Positions 47,329-60,105 of a DNA stretch of 64,000 nucleotides are shown here, piece by piece. The notes below the pieces were generated by a model. It saw only the letters and a list, made by a program, of their open reading frames with translations. It was not told where the DNA came from and did no database searches. Each line of letters begins with the position of its first letter. Position 1 is the first letter of the stretch. Position numbers and translations under genes: made by a program. The stretch is from Granulicella sp. GTDB lineage: Bacteria > Acidobacteriota > Terriglobia > Terriglobales > Acidobacteriaceae. The stretch lies in NCBI GenBank assembly GCA_027339965.1, contig DAHWNL010000036.1:1-64000 (forward strand). The letters are read 5' to 3'.

Positions 47329-48042
47329 ATGCAACTTCGCATTGCGTCGCACGATCGTGTCTTTGTGCTCACCGGAGCGGGCATCAGCGCCGAGAGCGGT
47401 CTACCCACCTTTCGCGCCGAGGATGGTTTGTGGGCCGGTCACCGTGTGGAAGACGTCTGCACTCCAGAGGCCTGGGACCGGAATCCTGCCAAGGTGTGGG
47501 AGTTCTACTCGATGCGCCGCCATGCGGCTCAACAAGCGCAGCCCAACCCTGCCCACTTCGCCCTCGCCCGACTGGAAGAGAAGCTGGGCGACCGCCTTCT
47601 GGTCTGCACGCAGAATGTGGACAACCTGCATGAACGCGCAGGAACCACGCGGCTGCTGCACATGCACGGAGAACTGGCCAAATCACGCTGTGACCGGGAT
47701 TGCGGCCGTCCGCCGGTGGAGGACCGAAGGATCTACAGCAGCTTGGATCAAGTGCCGTTCTGCGTCTGCGGGGGCCGTCTTCGCCCGCACATCGTCTTCT
47801 TTGGCGAGATGCCGCTGGAGATGGAGCGGATCCAGCGGGAGTTGGCGGCGGCCACTTGGATGCTGGTGGTGGGAACCTCGGGATCAGTCTATCCCGCGGC
47901 GAACTTCGTGCACTGGGCCAGAGGCGGGGGAGCTCGCACGGTCTATGTCGGGCCAGAGGCGCCTCTGAATGCCGCTGCCTTCACGCAGGTTGTGGAGGGA
48001 CGCGCGGGCGAGGTTCTTCCCAATCTCTTCGTCGAAGAATGA
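47329..48042 (+). CDS. cobB: NAD-dependent deacylase (sirtuin)
   Basis: TGAGISAESG, PNPAH, TQNVD, HG, LRPHIVFFGE, GTSG.VYPAA. Confidence 0.95.
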   Translation: MQLRIASHDRVFVLTGAGISAESGLPTFRAEDGLWAGHRVEDVCTPEAWDRNPAKVWEFYSMRRHAAQQAQPNPAHFALARLEEKLGDRLLVCTQNVDNLHERAGTTRLLHMHGELAKSRCDRDCGRPPVEDRRIYSSLDQVPFCVCGGRLRPHIVFFGEMPLEMERIQRELAAATWMLVVGTSGSVYPAANFVHWARGGGARTVYVGPEAPLNAAAFTQVVEGRAGEVLPNLFVEE

Positions 48043-48508
48043 GCCTGCGGCGATCTCCAAGGTCTTGCGGCGCGATCCACCCGTCGGCAACAGGAAGCGA
48101 TGGTTGCAAACGAAGGGTGCAAACCCAGGCTTGAGCCGGCCTCCGAAGCCTCGTCTGGTGGCCGACGATCGCATGGTGCAAAGCGCTGCTGCAACCTTCA
48201 GAAGAACAGTATGCGCGTCAACGGCAAAGTTCATGTTCCGAGGTTCTCATTGCTGTTCTTCGTAGCGGTGATCTGGCTGAAGCTGGCAACCTGGGCGTTG
48301 AGATGCCCTGGCTATGCGAACGGCGAGAGCCGCCGGCCTGAGCCCGGGCGGCTGCCACAGGCGGAAGGACGAAGACGAGGTTTTGCTTTGCCGAAGGCCT
48401 GATGAGGGTGTGCAACCGGATTGGCAGAATTCTGGAGGGGTGGGGCGGTCCAGGGACCTCTGCCGGCGCCTTGGACCGGCAGAGATGTCCAGAGAGTCTG
48501 GTTCGCGC

Positions 48509-49270
48509 TCAGCGATTGTCAAACATGCTGCCGACGATGCCACCCAGCACGGCTGCCGCGCCAACGTCTTTGACCTCCTGGTTCGCGGAAGGAAGGTAAG
48601 GTTGCAAAGCGTGCGCCAGGTTGGCCAGGGGAAGCGTCTGCAGCCAGACCCTGCCGGGTCCGGTGAGCGCGGCCAGAAAGATGCTGTCAGCCCCGAAGAA
48701 CATGTTGCGAATGCCCTGGAGGCGAGTGATCTGGAAGTTGACGCTGGTGTGGAAGGCTCCTACGTGGCCGGGATGCACGCGCAGCGTCTCCCCGGGCTGC
48801 AGGTCGCGAACGACCATCTCTCCACCCATCTCCAGCCAGGCCGTGCCGATGCCGGAGACCTTCTGGAGAAGGAAGCCGTCGCCGCCGAAGATGCCCGCGC
48901 CCAGCGACTGCTGCAGGCCGACGCTGAGCTGGATCTGTGGTGTAGCGCAGAGAAAGCCGTGGCGATGAATCAGAAGATCGTTCCCGGGCTGAATCTCGAC
49001 GGGGAGAATCTGGCCGGGAATCTTGGCGGCGAAGGCGACCTCGCCGGGGTATCCCTGAGCGGTGTACTCGGTCATGAACAGGGTGCCGCCGCCGGCCACG
49101 CGTTTGATGGCTCCAAAGATGCCGCCGCCGCCCGCCATCTGGGTATGGGTGGTCATGGCGATCGTCTGGCTCATCCAGCTCAGCTCTCCCCCTTCGGAGA
49201 TCAGGCTCTCGCCAGGCTGCAAGAGGGCTTCGAGGACCGGCATGGTGGTTCCGGTGATTCTGGTCTGCAT
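48509..49270 (-). CDS. AIM24/TIGR00266 family protein
   Basis: ITGTTMP, FGGDGF.LQK, GPGRVWLQTLP. Confidence 0.88.
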   Translation of the reverse strand: MQTRITGTTMPVLEALLQPGESLISEGGELSWMSQTIAMTTHTQMAGGGGIFGAIKRVAGGGTLFMTEYTAQGYPGEVAFAAKIPGQILPVEIQPGNDLLIHRHGFLCATPQIQLSVGLQQSLGAGIFGGDGFLLQKVSGIGTAWLEMGGEMVVRDLQPGETLRVHPGHVGAFHTSVNFQITRLQGIRNMFFGADSIFLAALTGPGRVWLQTLPLANLAHALQPYLPSANQEVKDVGAAAVLGGIVGSMFDNR

Positions 49271-49457
49271 GGTTGGCGCATCCTTTCCTGGCATCGGTCG
49301 CGCCGGCTTGGCCGGGCCCGCAGCTTGCAGAGTATCTTACGCCGGGAAGGACCGGGAAGTTCCCTGACCGTCCCTGGAAGGCGAAATTCAATTTACCCAG
49401 AGTCTCCATTTTCCTCGTACACTATCGAGGTACAAAAATCGAAAGGAGATCGATTTC

Positions 49458-50021
49458 ATGCCAACTGGCGGCTCAAAAGGGCGCTCGGGAGCGTCCGGCA
49501 GCTTCAAATTCTTACTCGGCTTTCTATTCGCGTTTGTCGTTCTGTTTTTCGGTACCTGGGCGTACCTTCGATTTGGCAATCCGCCGGTAGCCACCGCGGA
49601 CAAGCCTTTTCCCTATGAGAAACAGATCGTGCACATTGCTTTGCATGCCCGCATTCGTCGCGACATGCAACAACCTCCTTTCGGCATCAGCGAGGATGTT
49701 TATGAGACCGGCGCCATGGCCTATAAGCTCCAGTGCGCCGGTTGCCATGGAACTCCTGGAAAGCCGGCAACCATTGCCAAAGGAATGTTTCCGCACGCGC
49801 CGCAACTGTGGGTCAGGCACCACAACGGAAAGGTGGTGGGGGTGAGCGATGATCCTCCGGGCGCTACCTATTGGAAGATCGACAATGGCATCCGTCTTAC
49901 CGGCATGCCCTCCTTCAAGGGCATATTGACCGAAGATCAGATGTGGGATGTTGCGCTGCTATTGAAGCATGCCAACGAACAACTGCCCGATCCGGTGATG
50001 GGCATGCTGAACGGGCAGTAA
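49458..50021 (+). CDS. membrane-anchored monoheme cytochrome c
   Basis: N-terminal TM, CAGCH, NGIRLTGMPSF. Confidence 0.9.
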   Translation: MPTGGSKGRSGASGSFKFLLGFLFAFVVLFFGTWAYLRFGNPPVATADKPFPYEKQIVHIALHARIRRDMQQPPFGISEDVYETGAMAYKLQCAGCHGTPGKPATIAKGMFPHAPQLWVRHHNGKVVGVSDDPPGATYWKIDNGIRLTGMPSFKGILTEDQMWDVALLLKHANEQLPDPVMGMLNGQ

Positions 50022-50228
50022 GACTGCTCGATTGTGCTGCGGGTCTTGTGGCGTCAGCATCCGGTCGCGCCCGTCTCGACAGCGATATCGGTACGTCCGA
50101 CGCGCAGGCGCACCCCATCTTGAAGAGCCGAGATGCGGTGCGCCCTTTGACCGGATTTGTTTTTGAACGAAGAGCAGGTGTGGGACCTGCCTATTGTTTC
50201 CACTCTGCGCCGCCTCTATTCTGGTGGT

Positions 50229-51209
50229 ATGTCCACTCCGATCGTATCCTCCGCACTTCGAACTCTTGGAAACTCTGATCTTCACCTCACTCCGATTGGA
50301 TTTGGCGCGTGGGCCATCGGCGGGGGAGACTGGCAGTATGCGTGGGGAGCCCAGGACGACAAGGACTCTGTGGCCGCCATCCATCGCGCGCTTGATCTGG
50401 GCATCAACTGGATTGATACCGCGGCCGTCTATGGGCTGGGCCACTCGGAAGAGATTGTAGGGCGCGCGGTAAAATCCTCATCGTACAAGCCGTACATCTT
50501 TACCAAGTGCTCGATGCGCTGGCACCAGGACCGCTCCATCTATAACTCGCTGAAGGCCCATTCGCTCTCTGAGGAAGTGGAGGCTTCCCTGGTACGGCTG
50601 GGAGTGGAGACCATCGACCTGTACCAGATTCACTGGCCCAATCCCGACAGCGAGATCGAAGAGGGCTGGGAGGCGCTCAGCCGGCTGCGTGAGCAGGGCA
50701 AGCTGCGCTGGATCGGGGTCTCGAACTTCTCAGTGGAGCAGATGAAGCGCGCGCAGAGGATCGCTCCCATTACCAGTCTGCAGCCGCCGTATTCCATGCT
50801 GCGCCGGGCCGTAGAGACGGAGATTCTGCCCTTTGCGCAGCAAAACGGCATCGGCGTCATCAACTACTCGCCCATGCTCTCCGGCATGCTGGCCGGCAAG
50901 ATGAGTGCCGAGCGCGTGGCGGCGCTCCCCGCCGACGACTGGCGGCGCAGAAATCCTGAGTTCAGTGAGCCGAAGCTGAGCGGCAACCTGCGTCTGGTGG
51001 AGCTGCTGCGCGAGATTGGCCATGGGCATGGCGTGACCCCGGGAGTGGTTGCCGTGGCTTGGACATTGCACCACCCTGCGATTACCGCCGCGATTGTCGG
51101 CGGGCGCAGCGCAAAGCAGGTGGAAGAGACGGCTGACGCGCTCCGCTTCAGGCTCAGCGAGGGAGAATACAAAAAGATCTGCACCTTTCTTTCATCCACG
51201 AATGCATGA
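50229..51209 (+). CDS. aldo/keto reductase
   Basis: GFGAWAIGG, DTAAVYG, TK, DLYQIHWP, GVSNF. Confidence 0.95.
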   Translation: MSTPIVSSALRTLGNSDLHLTPIGFGAWAIGGGDWQYAWGAQDDKDSVAAIHRALDLGINWIDTAAVYGLGHSEEIVGRAVKSSSYKPYIFTKCSMRWHQDRSIYNSLKAHSLSEEVEASLVRLGVETIDLYQIHWPNPDSEIEEGWEALSRLREQGKLRWIGVSNFSVEQMKRAQRIAPITSLQPPYSMLRRAVETEILPFAQQNGIGVINYSPMLSGMLAGKMSAERVAALPADDWRRRNPEFSEPKLSGNLRLVELLREIGHGHGVTPGVVAVAWTLHHPAITAAIVGGRSAKQVEETADALRFRLSEGEYKKICTFLSSTNA

Positions 51210-51455
51210 ATGATTGATCCGCCAAGGGTGTGAACCTATGGGCTGAGATCTTTGAGGACGGGGTAGCATGTGAACCTGATGCGCCCGGTTGGAAGAGGAA
51301 AGATACCTCCCACGCCATCCCGTAATCGTCATGGAAGCATTCTGCGAACCCAAATCGCGAAGGGGCCGAGATGGCCCCCCCACACCAATCCACACCTCAA
51401 AGTGCCGAGATGTGGGAATCCGCCCGCTGCGCGAACTTGTACACTGATCGTTAGC

Positions 51456-52160
51456 ATGTATAAGCGAGTTCTGTTAAAGCTCTCTGGAGAGGCCCTGGCG
51501 GCCGGCCGAGGTTTTGGTGTCGATGCGCTGTTTGTGAATGCCATCGCGCAGGAGATCGCCGAGGCGGCACGCTCTGGTTGCGAGATCGGCATCGTCGTCG
51601 GGGGCGGAAACTTCTTCCGCGGGGTGGCGGAGCAGGCGATCCATATGGACCGCGTTGCGGCGGATCATATGGGCATGCTCTCCACGGTGATTAACGCTAT
51701 CGCCCTGCAGGATGCCATCGAGAAGACAGGGGTTCATGCTCGGGTGATGAGCGCCATTCAGATGCATCAGGTGGCTGAGCCGTACATCCGCCGTCGCGCG
51801 ATTCGCCACCTGGAAAAGGGACGGGTAGTGATCTTTGCCGCAGGCACCGGCAACCCGTACTTCTCGACGGATACAGCCGCCAGCCTGCGCGCCATGGAAA
51901 TTGGTGCGGAGGTTCTATTGAAGGCCACCAGCGTGGATGGCATCTATAGCGCTGATCCGAAGAAAGTGACCCACGCTACCAAGTTCGAGGAGATCAGCTA
52001 TATGGAGATCATCCGGCTGGGCCTGCAGGTGATGGACACCACGGCGGTCTCCTTGTGCAAGGACAACCGCCTGCCGATGATCATCTTCTCCATGCGCGAA
52101 CGGGGCAACATCCTGCGGGTGATCGCCGGCGAAAAACTGGGATCCCTGGTGACGGCGTAG
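51456..52160 (+). CDS. pyrH: UMP kinase
   Basis: [34 protein letters not shown]. Confidence 0.97.
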   Translation: MYKRVLLKLSGEALAAGRGFGVDALFVNAIAQEIAEAARSGCEIGIVVGGGNFFRGVAEQAIHMDRVAADHMGMLSTVINAIALQDAIEKTGVHARVMSAIQMHQVAEPYIRRRAIRHLEKGRVVIFAAGTGNPYFSTDTAASLRAMEIGAEVLLKATSVDGIYSADPKKVTHATKFEEISYMEIIRLGLQVMDTTAVSLCKDNRLPMIIFSMRERGNILRVIAGEKLGSLVTA

Positions 52161-52274
52161 CCCGGAGCAGTTCTATTGCTTTTTGCCGGCCGAAGCGGGC
52201 TCGCTGCGGCGTCCTCATTGAGCAAGACGCCCCAAAAGGCCGAGCTGGGTGCTGCGCTGACACGGAAGAAATCT

Positions 52275-53492
52275 TTAGCCGATCAGGACGGAACTGGCCC
52301 GCCTGGCCTCCGCTCTTCGGTTCCACCAGCGGCCGATCGCTTGCTGAGCCGGGTGCTCGAGCCATTTGCGCACCGCGACGGCCAGAAGGATGACGAAGAT
52401 GTAGGAGATCCAGGGATCGAACCGCGCCACGTGGAGCTTGTCTAGCACGTGGTATTTGTGCAGCAGGATGTAGGTGTTGAAGTGGAGTAGATAAAGGGCG
52501 TAGGTGGAAGCTCCAATGGCCACCAGCGGCTCCCAGGAGAGAAGCCGGGCGAGGATGCTGGGGCCGGAGAGACCCAGAATGATCATGGCGAATAACGGCG
52601 TCAGCAGGCCCCCATGCACCATGATGTAAGGCAGAGAGTTGGCCAGATGATAGGCCACAAACCAAAATCCCGCGAAGCCGAGTGTCCCAAGGATCACGCG
52701 AGCGCGCTCGCTGAGTTGGGCGGCATCATGAAGCCGGCCGAGCGTCAGCCCGGCAAGGAAGGTGCAGAGGTAGGGCAGAGGAGTGAACTTCAGGGTGTCG
52801 AGCCAGGGACCATCGCTATAGCGGTTGGCGGCGTGGGCCAGTTGATCCGGATTGCACAGAACATAGACGGTGTGCGGAATCAGACCCACGGCCCAGAGAG
52901 TGAGACCCAACGCCACCAGTTTGCTGGTGCTGCGCGGCCAGGGCAGGCGCAACAGCCAGGGAAAGGCGATGTAGAGCACCACTTCGCAGGATAGGGTCCA
53001 GGTCACCGTCATCCAGAAGGTCGCGAGGTGAGGGAAGAAACCCTGAGCCAGCAGGGGCGTGGCGATGGCTCCTATCCAAAAGTCGGTGCGGGAACGGACC
53101 GCCCACTCCGTCATCAGCATGGGGATGGAGACCAGCATGGTGAAGCCGTAGACCGGGTACAGGCGAGACAGGCGGGCTACCCAGAAGTCCACGGCGTTCA
53201 TCGGCTGCGAGCGCCCGGCGTAGTTGTAGGCCAGAATGAAGCCGGAGATGAGAAAGAAGAAGCTGACAAAGACGTAGCCGATGTTGATGAGCGGATAAAG
53301 AGTGATGGACGGATGCCGGCTCCAACTCAGTCCAGAAGGCGTGAAGTGGAACAGGACGATGGTGATCGCCAGCAGAGAGCGCAGACCGGTGAGCGCCGGA
53401 AGCGCCGGCCTGCGAGCGATCCGCGCTCCGGCTTGCCGCTCGCCGAGAGGCTCTCGATCGGATCTCGGTGCGGTCGCAGTCAAGTCCTGCAT
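52275..53492 (-). CDS. acyltransferase 3 family membrane protein
   Basis: LTGLR, FH, FFLISGF, RLSRLYP, WTLSCE, YALYLLH. Confidence 0.9.
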   Translation of the reverse strand: MQDLTATAPRSDREPLGERQAGARIARRPALPALTGLRSLLAITIVLFHFTPSGLSWSRHPSITLYPLINIGYVFVSFFFLISGFILAYNYAGRSQPMNAVDFWVARLSRLYPVYGFTMLVSIPMLMTEWAVRSRTDFWIGAIATPLLAQGFFPHLATFWMTVTWTLSCEVVLYIAFPWLLRLPWPRSTSKLVALGLTLWAVGLIPHTVYVLCNPDQLAHAANRYSDGPWLDTLKFTPLPYLCTFLAGLTLGRLHDAAQLSERARVILGTLGFAGFWFVAYHLANSLPYIMVHGGLLTPLFAMIILGLSGPSILARLLSWEPLVAIGASTYALYLLHFNTYILLHKYHVLDKLHVARFDPWISYIFVILLAVAVRKWLEHPAQQAIGRWWNRRAEARRASSVLIG

Positions 53493-53543
53493 CTCCTCTT
53501 TGGACGCACTGAAATGGTCGCAAGCCCCTTTGATTTGCAAAAT

Positions 53544-54260
53544 CTATCGAAATTCAATCCGCTGGAAGCCCCATTGCCGAAGGATCTGGGTCAGGACCGC
53601 CTGGGCATTCCGGGCCGCTGTATCCAGAATTCCATCGCGGAGTGCGGTCTGCTGCAACTGAGCCTGAACTCTTTGCAGCGTCTGCTGATCGAGATCTGGA
53701 ACGATCCGGATGAAGGAATCGGCTGACGGAGTATAGACTCGGGTCCCGGCGGCATCGACGAAGGCGCCAAAGAGTTCGGACCGGGGAAGCTCAAGGCGTA
53801 TCGAGCGTCCGCCGGAGTTCTCGTTGATCAGAACCTCATCCGGTTGCAGCTTGTCCATGTCCACGCCTGCCGTGGCGAGTCCATGCACAAGCACCTGGGG
53901 GTGTGCGATGGATGGCGGAGGCCGTGGAATTGCCGAAAGGGAGAGGGATGCGCCGGCCCGTGCAGAGGTTCCAGTGCGGGTGGAAGCGGGGTTGTTCCCG
54001 GGCCTCGTATCCACCACTGTATCGAGCGAATCCTCTGCGGTCTGCAAGCGATGGAGTTGCCGCAGTTGACGTACAACATCCTGAGCGGAGCCAATGGCCG
54101 GAGGATGGCCGGTGATGAGCGCCGCCAGCTTGCCAGCGGCGCCCGTGCGAGCGCTGTGGACAAAGACACCCAGCGCCGTGGCTCCCAGGATCATCGCCAG
54201 TAGCACCCCGGATAAAGCTCCCGAGCCCCGTGGCCTGCCGTAGTTGTACTGCATGGTCAT
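53544..54260 (-). CDS. DUF4230-like protein
   Basis: N-terminal TM, HGLATAGVDM, LELP, GILDTAARNA. Confidence 0.7.
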   Translation of the reverse strand: MTMQYNYGRPRGSGALSGVLLAMILGATALGVFVHSARTGAAGKLAALITGHPPAIGSAQDVVRQLRQLHRLQTAEDSLDTVVDTRPGNNPASTRTGTSARAGASLSLSAIPRPPPSIAHPQVLVHGLATAGVDMDKLQPDEVLINENSGGRSIRLELPRSELFGAFVDAAGTRVYTPSADSFIRIVPDLDQQTLQRVQAQLQQTALRDGILDTAARNAQAVLTQILRQWGFQRIEFR

Positions 54261-54390
54261 GATTCGATCGTCATCCGCACCGGGTAAAGGATATCGTGGA
54301 GAGGCGAAGGCTGTGGCGCAGGGGACGGACTTGGGTCCACGAGGGTGGTCGCCGGAGCCATCCGTGCAAGGCTGCGCAGGAGGGGGCCGG

Positions 54391-56160
<1,770 letters not shown>

Positions 56161-56218
56161 TCACCCGCCGTCGTTGCGTCTGACGAGCGAGAGGTACGCG
56201 CTGGGTTATGCTGCAGGA

Positions 56219-56695
56219 ATGGCACTGGATTCGCTGGCGCTTCGGCTGGAGCAGCGCGCGTACATGGTGCTGCGCTCCTGGTTGGACCGTAAGCATATGA
56301 AACCAGCACACTTGCTGACTGGCGAGAGGGGAGAGGACGCGGCCTTCTACCATCTGCGCAGCCTGGGCTACACGGTGGTGGCGCGGCGCTGGCGGGCCGA
56401 GCGCCTGCGCGGCGACTTGGATCTGGTGGCCTGGGACGGCGACACGCTGGTGATCTTCGAGATCAAGACCCGGACGGCTCGGGACTTGGCTCCCGCCGAG
56501 AGCGCTGTGGACGGCCGGAAGCAGCAGACGCTGCGCCGGCTGGCCAGGGTTTATCTGCGCCAATTGCCTGGCTCGGCGGGCTCAATGGTTCCCCTGCGCT
56601 TCGATATTCTCTCCGTCTACCTGCTCTCCGAAGGAACGGAATTCGAGCATATTCGTGGCGCTTTCACCTTCGCAGAGGAGTGGGGCCGCGCCTGA
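56219..56695 (+). CDS. yraN: YraN family protein (UPF0102)
   Basis: GERGEDAA, GDLDLVA, FEIKTR, RFDI, HIRGAF. Confidence 0.9.
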   Translation: MALDSLALRLEQRAYMVLRSWLDRKHMKPAHLLTGERGEDAAFYHLRSLGYTVVARRWRAERLRGDLDLVAWDGDTLVIFEIKTRTARDLAPAESAVDGRKQQTLRRLARVYLRQLPGSAGSMVPLRFDILSVYLLSEGTEFEHIRGAFTFAEEWGRA

Positions 56696-56839
56696 GGGAC
56701 GAGTGCGTGCGGGGGAGCGGCGTTGCGTGACGGCGAGTGTTGGCCAACAGGCGCGCCGGCTTTGAGGCCGGTTCGCGATTTTATCTGGACCGTTGTTTAA
56801 TGGCTGGAGGCGGAAATTGACGCCACGAGGACGCCGCAG

Positions 56840-57331
56840 ATGAGCTTGATGGATGCACCCTCCTACGATCCAACCCGAGATAACCAACGCCGCAATCTCA
56901 TCATCGGCGCGGTGGTCGCAGTCCTGCTGCTGGGTCTGGTCGCCTTTGCCGGGTATGTCTCCGGTCACGGATGGATGTTCAGCAACCTGGGCTACGAACA
57001 CCGCGTCAACACCTTCTTCGACGTTCTCCAGGAAAAGGATTATGCCAAGGCTTACGGCATCTACTATAACGATCCGAACTGGCAAGAGCATCCGCAGAAG
57101 TACAGTGGTTACCCCCTGGCCCGATTCACTGAGGATTGGACGAAGGATAGTCCGATCCATGAACCGATCACATGGCATCACGTGGATAAGTCCGTGGCTG
57201 CCGGGAGCGGCTACTTCGGAACCGGGGTCATCGTGGCCGTGCGTGTCAACGGAGGACACAAGATCTTCATGTATGTGAACCGCGCAGACAAGACGTTGAC
57301 CTGGCCGGCTCCCTATATCTTCCAGTACTGA
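56840..57331 (+). CDS. hypothetical single-pass membrane protein
   Basis: GAGG RBS, 163 aa, one N-terminal TM, coding-like GC3. Confidence 0.75.
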   Translation: MSLMDAPSYDPTRDNQRRNLIIGAVVAVLLLGLVAFAGYVSGHGWMFSNLGYEHRVNTFFDVLQEKDYAKAYGIYYNDPNWQEHPQKYSGYPLARFTEDWTKDSPIHEPITWHHVDKSVAAGSGYFGTGVIVAVRVNGGHKIFMYVNRADKTLTWPAPYIFQY

Positions 57332-57564
57332 GAGCCTTTCGAATCTGGCAAAAGCCATCGCGGTCGATGGGCCGGGCGCCGCCGGACGGGATCTGCGAAT
57401 GAGAGCTCCGGGCAGCCGAGACGACGCGGAGCGCAGCCGAGAGGACGTTGGAGCACCGACAGGGATGCGGCCTGGAGCAGGCAAGACGTATCCGGAGCTG
57501 TCGGGGGAGCCGTCGGGAGCCGTCCGGGAGCCGCACGGGGCGTTGAAGTTTCAAGTAGAGTGGC

Positions 57565-58845
57565 TCAGCCCAGCAGCATCGCTGCAACTTCCCCCGGCCT
57601 GCCTTGAAGGGTGCGGCGTGAGGCGGCCACCAGCAAAACCATGGCCAGCGCTGTAAGCAAGGGCATACCCAGTCCGGCCCGTAGCGAATGGGCCCAGGTG
57701 GAGACGCCTCCGGTTGCCAAAGGCAGCAGAGACGAACCGAGCGCGGCGATGGTGAAGGCCAGGGAACTCTCTTTGCGTCTTAGAACGATCGCCAGCAGAA
57801 GCGGGTACACAGGGCCCGTAGCCAGCCCGAGGACCCCGGCCGCCAGCAGGGTGACAAAGCCGGCTGGCCAGGCAAGCAGAAGGGCCAGCGAGGCAGCCAT
57901 CGTCAACACGCTGGAGCCCAGAACGGCGCGCTCGCTCAGCCGCGAGACCCAGGTGGTGGAGTGAAGGATACGGCTCAACAGCGAACCCAGCCAGAGGAAC
58001 GTGGCCGCGCCGATGGTCGCTCCCAGGGAGTCTCCGGCTCGTTGTGCATAGGATGTCAGCCAGCCGGATGCCGCAGCCTCAATGCCGGTGGCGCCAAAGA
58101 TCAGAGCGAGCAGGGTCCATGGGACGCCCAGGCGGCCCCGCAACCGTGGCGCGGGCAAGATCTGGGCTGGTTGCGAGGGCGAGGGAGCGCCGCTGGCCGT
58201 GGACGATGCGGGCTCGGGATTGACTTTGATGCCTATGGCCCAGAGCGCGGCCAGCAGAAAGAAAAGAGCGACGCCGAGCAGAACATGTTGCAGATGGTGC
58301 AGGCTGGAGGAGGAGAGCGCCAGCGCTTGCGCCGCCGCGGAAAGGTGGGAGCGAGCCAATGGATGGATAGGCCCCCAACCTGTTGATTGCAGAGCAATCC
58401 ATGGTCCCATGGCGGCGCCCAAAGCCCACACCAGATTCAAACGCATCAGCTCCACGCGGCGCTGCATGGGGAATTGTTGTGAAACCAGAAGACTGATGGA
58501 GGTCATCGTCAACGCCAAGCCAAAGCCGTAAAGGGCTATGGCCGCATAGGCCTCCCAGCGGCTCGCCCCAATCAGGCAACAGGCGCCGAGCGCGGTCAAC
58601 AAGGAGCCTCGCGCGAGCGAAAAGTGCATCCGTCCACGGGCGCTGTAGGCGCCAAAGATCCCCAGACCGTAGAAGCAGAAGAGAAGGATTCCGCCGCGAG
58701 CATCGGTCATGGACCAGCGCAGGAGCAGCAGCGGCATCGCCGCGCCCGGAATCGTAAACCCTAAGCCGGTCGCCATGAAGGTTGCGAACAGCGGAGTCTT
58801 CCGTAGAGCCTTGAAACGAGCCTTGCCGCAAAGACGCTTGCTCAT
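57565..58845 (-). CDS. MFS transporter (FucP/TsgA-like)
   Basis: 12 TM pattern, LNLVWALGAAMGP, GIE...GWLTSY, GPVYP; start uncertain. Confidence 0.8.
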   Translation of the reverse strand: MSKRLCGKARFKALRKTPLFATFMATGLGFTIPGAAMPLLLLRWSMTDARGGILLFCFYGLGIFGAYSARGRMHFSLARGSLLTALGACCLIGASRWEAYAAIALYGFGLALTMTSISLLVSQQFPMQRRVELMRLNLVWALGAAMGPWIALQSTGWGPIHPLARSHLSAAAQALALSSSSLHHLQHVLLGVALFFLLAALWAIGIKVNPEPASSTASGAPSPSQPAQILPAPRLRGRLGVPWTLLALIFGATGIEAAASGWLTSYAQRAGDSLGATIGAATFLWLGSLLSRILHSTTWVSRLSERAVLGSSVLTMAASLALLLAWPAGFVTLLAAGVLGLATGPVYPLLLAIVLRRKESSLAFTIAALGSSLLPLATGGVSTWAHSLRAGLGMPLLTALAMVLLVAASRRTLQGRPGEVAAMLLG

Positions 58846-59165
58846 CGTTTTGTTTCGCACATCGCGCCCACCCGCAGGCCAGCCCTTGGCAGCCAGCCCG
58901 AACCGGGACTCTCCGCCGCTCGAACCCCAACCCACGGATTATACGTCGCGCTGTTCCAGGGGTGGGCCCGGAAGATCTCTGGGCGAAAGCAGAAACATGG
59001 ATGGCGCAGCGGGACTGTGTGCAGCACTCCAATGTCCGCGCCGGAGAAAGCTGCCGGCCAAGCGCAGAAAAAACCTGCTCCGCGTGAACACGGTTGGAGC
59101 AGGCTCGGTTGAGACTCGCAGGTCGGAAAGCGATAAGGCCGGCATTCGCTCGCGCGGTTGCCGGA

Positions 59166-59444
59166 TCAGGAACGCGATTGTGCGACCAGTTGTGCGACCC
59201 AGAGGCCGAAGAGAACGACGCTCATCAGCGAGGCAATGGCACCAGCTCCGGCACAGTAGGGCTGGATGAAGTTCACCCGGCGAACGATCTTATCGTTTTC
59301 TAGCTGAGAGTCCGGAAGTGCGCTTTCGCTCAGGAATAGTTGGTCCGTTTCATGCTGAGTCAGCGTTCCACGGTAGACCATTAAGCCGACAAACACGGTG
59401 ACACAGACGCCCCAAAGGATGGCAGCAATGTGTAATGCGCTCAT
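59166..59444 (-). CDS. small two-TM membrane protein
   Basis: 92 aa MSALHIAAILWG...YRGTLTQHETDQLFL; GGGGA RBS. Confidence 0.75.
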   Translation of the reverse strand: MSALHIAAILWGVCVTVFVGLMVYRGTLTQHETDQLFLSESALPDSQLENDKIVRRVNFIQPYCAGAGAIASLMSVVLFGLWVAQLVAQSRS

Positions 59445-59631
59445 AGTGTCCCCCAGAAACCCTTGATGTTCTGGTCCTCGATACCTTGCTTCTCGCCGCC
59501 CTCTTGACTCGGCGGGAGCGAGCAGCCTGGCGGGCGGAACCTTACTGAGCAGAATCATACGCCATAAATGATTGTGTGGAGAGAGCTTTTCGAACAAGTT
59601 ACCTTTGTTTGTACCCGTTGCTCACTTTGGT

Positions 59632-59805
59632 CTACACGTTATGGAAAACGACGACTCCAGCGGCTGCAAAGGCAACCAGGATCAGGATGAGGGTGCCCAG
59701 CAGGAACCAGACGGCACGGCGGAGTTTCTGCGGGGTGGGCTGGGTGATGCCGAAGGTGCGGTAAAACGCGATGGCTACAGCCTCCAGGAGTCGCATGATC
59801 CTCAT
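59632..59805 (-). CDS. small membrane protein (57 aa, below ORF-track cutoff)
   Basis: MRIMRLLEAVAIAFYRTFGITQPTPQKLRRAVWFLLGTLILILVAFAAAGVVVFHNV*; AGGA RBS. Confidence 0.65.
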   Translation of the reverse strand: MRIMRLLEAVAIAFYRTFGITQPTPQKLRRAVWFLLGTLILILVAFAAAGVVVFHNV

Positions 59806-60105
59806 GGTAATCCTGTTTTGGTTCTGCTGTTTTCACTCTTCTGCAGAGGGGCTCCGGCGTCCAGGCTGATGTCCTGGTCTCTAGATCGGGACAGGATTCC
59901 GGGGGCTCCGGCGCAGGTTCTGGGCCTTTTTGCGGGCTGGAGCTCCATCCGTGCATCCCCAGCCCAACGGAGGCATCCAACCAGAAGACAAGCCGGAGTT
60001 GGGCTTGCCGGCTAACTTGCTGGCCGAGAGGCCGCGGGCTAGACTGAGATCAGGGTGCCGGAGCGAAGTAAACTTCGGCCCCAAGTCGATGAAGGAGAAC
60101 CGTTC

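Noticed and set aside
48110..48200. c-di-GMP-I riboswitch suggested by GCAAACC...GCAAAG
   Set aside because: Spacing and P2 elements do not fit, and no credible downstream gene.
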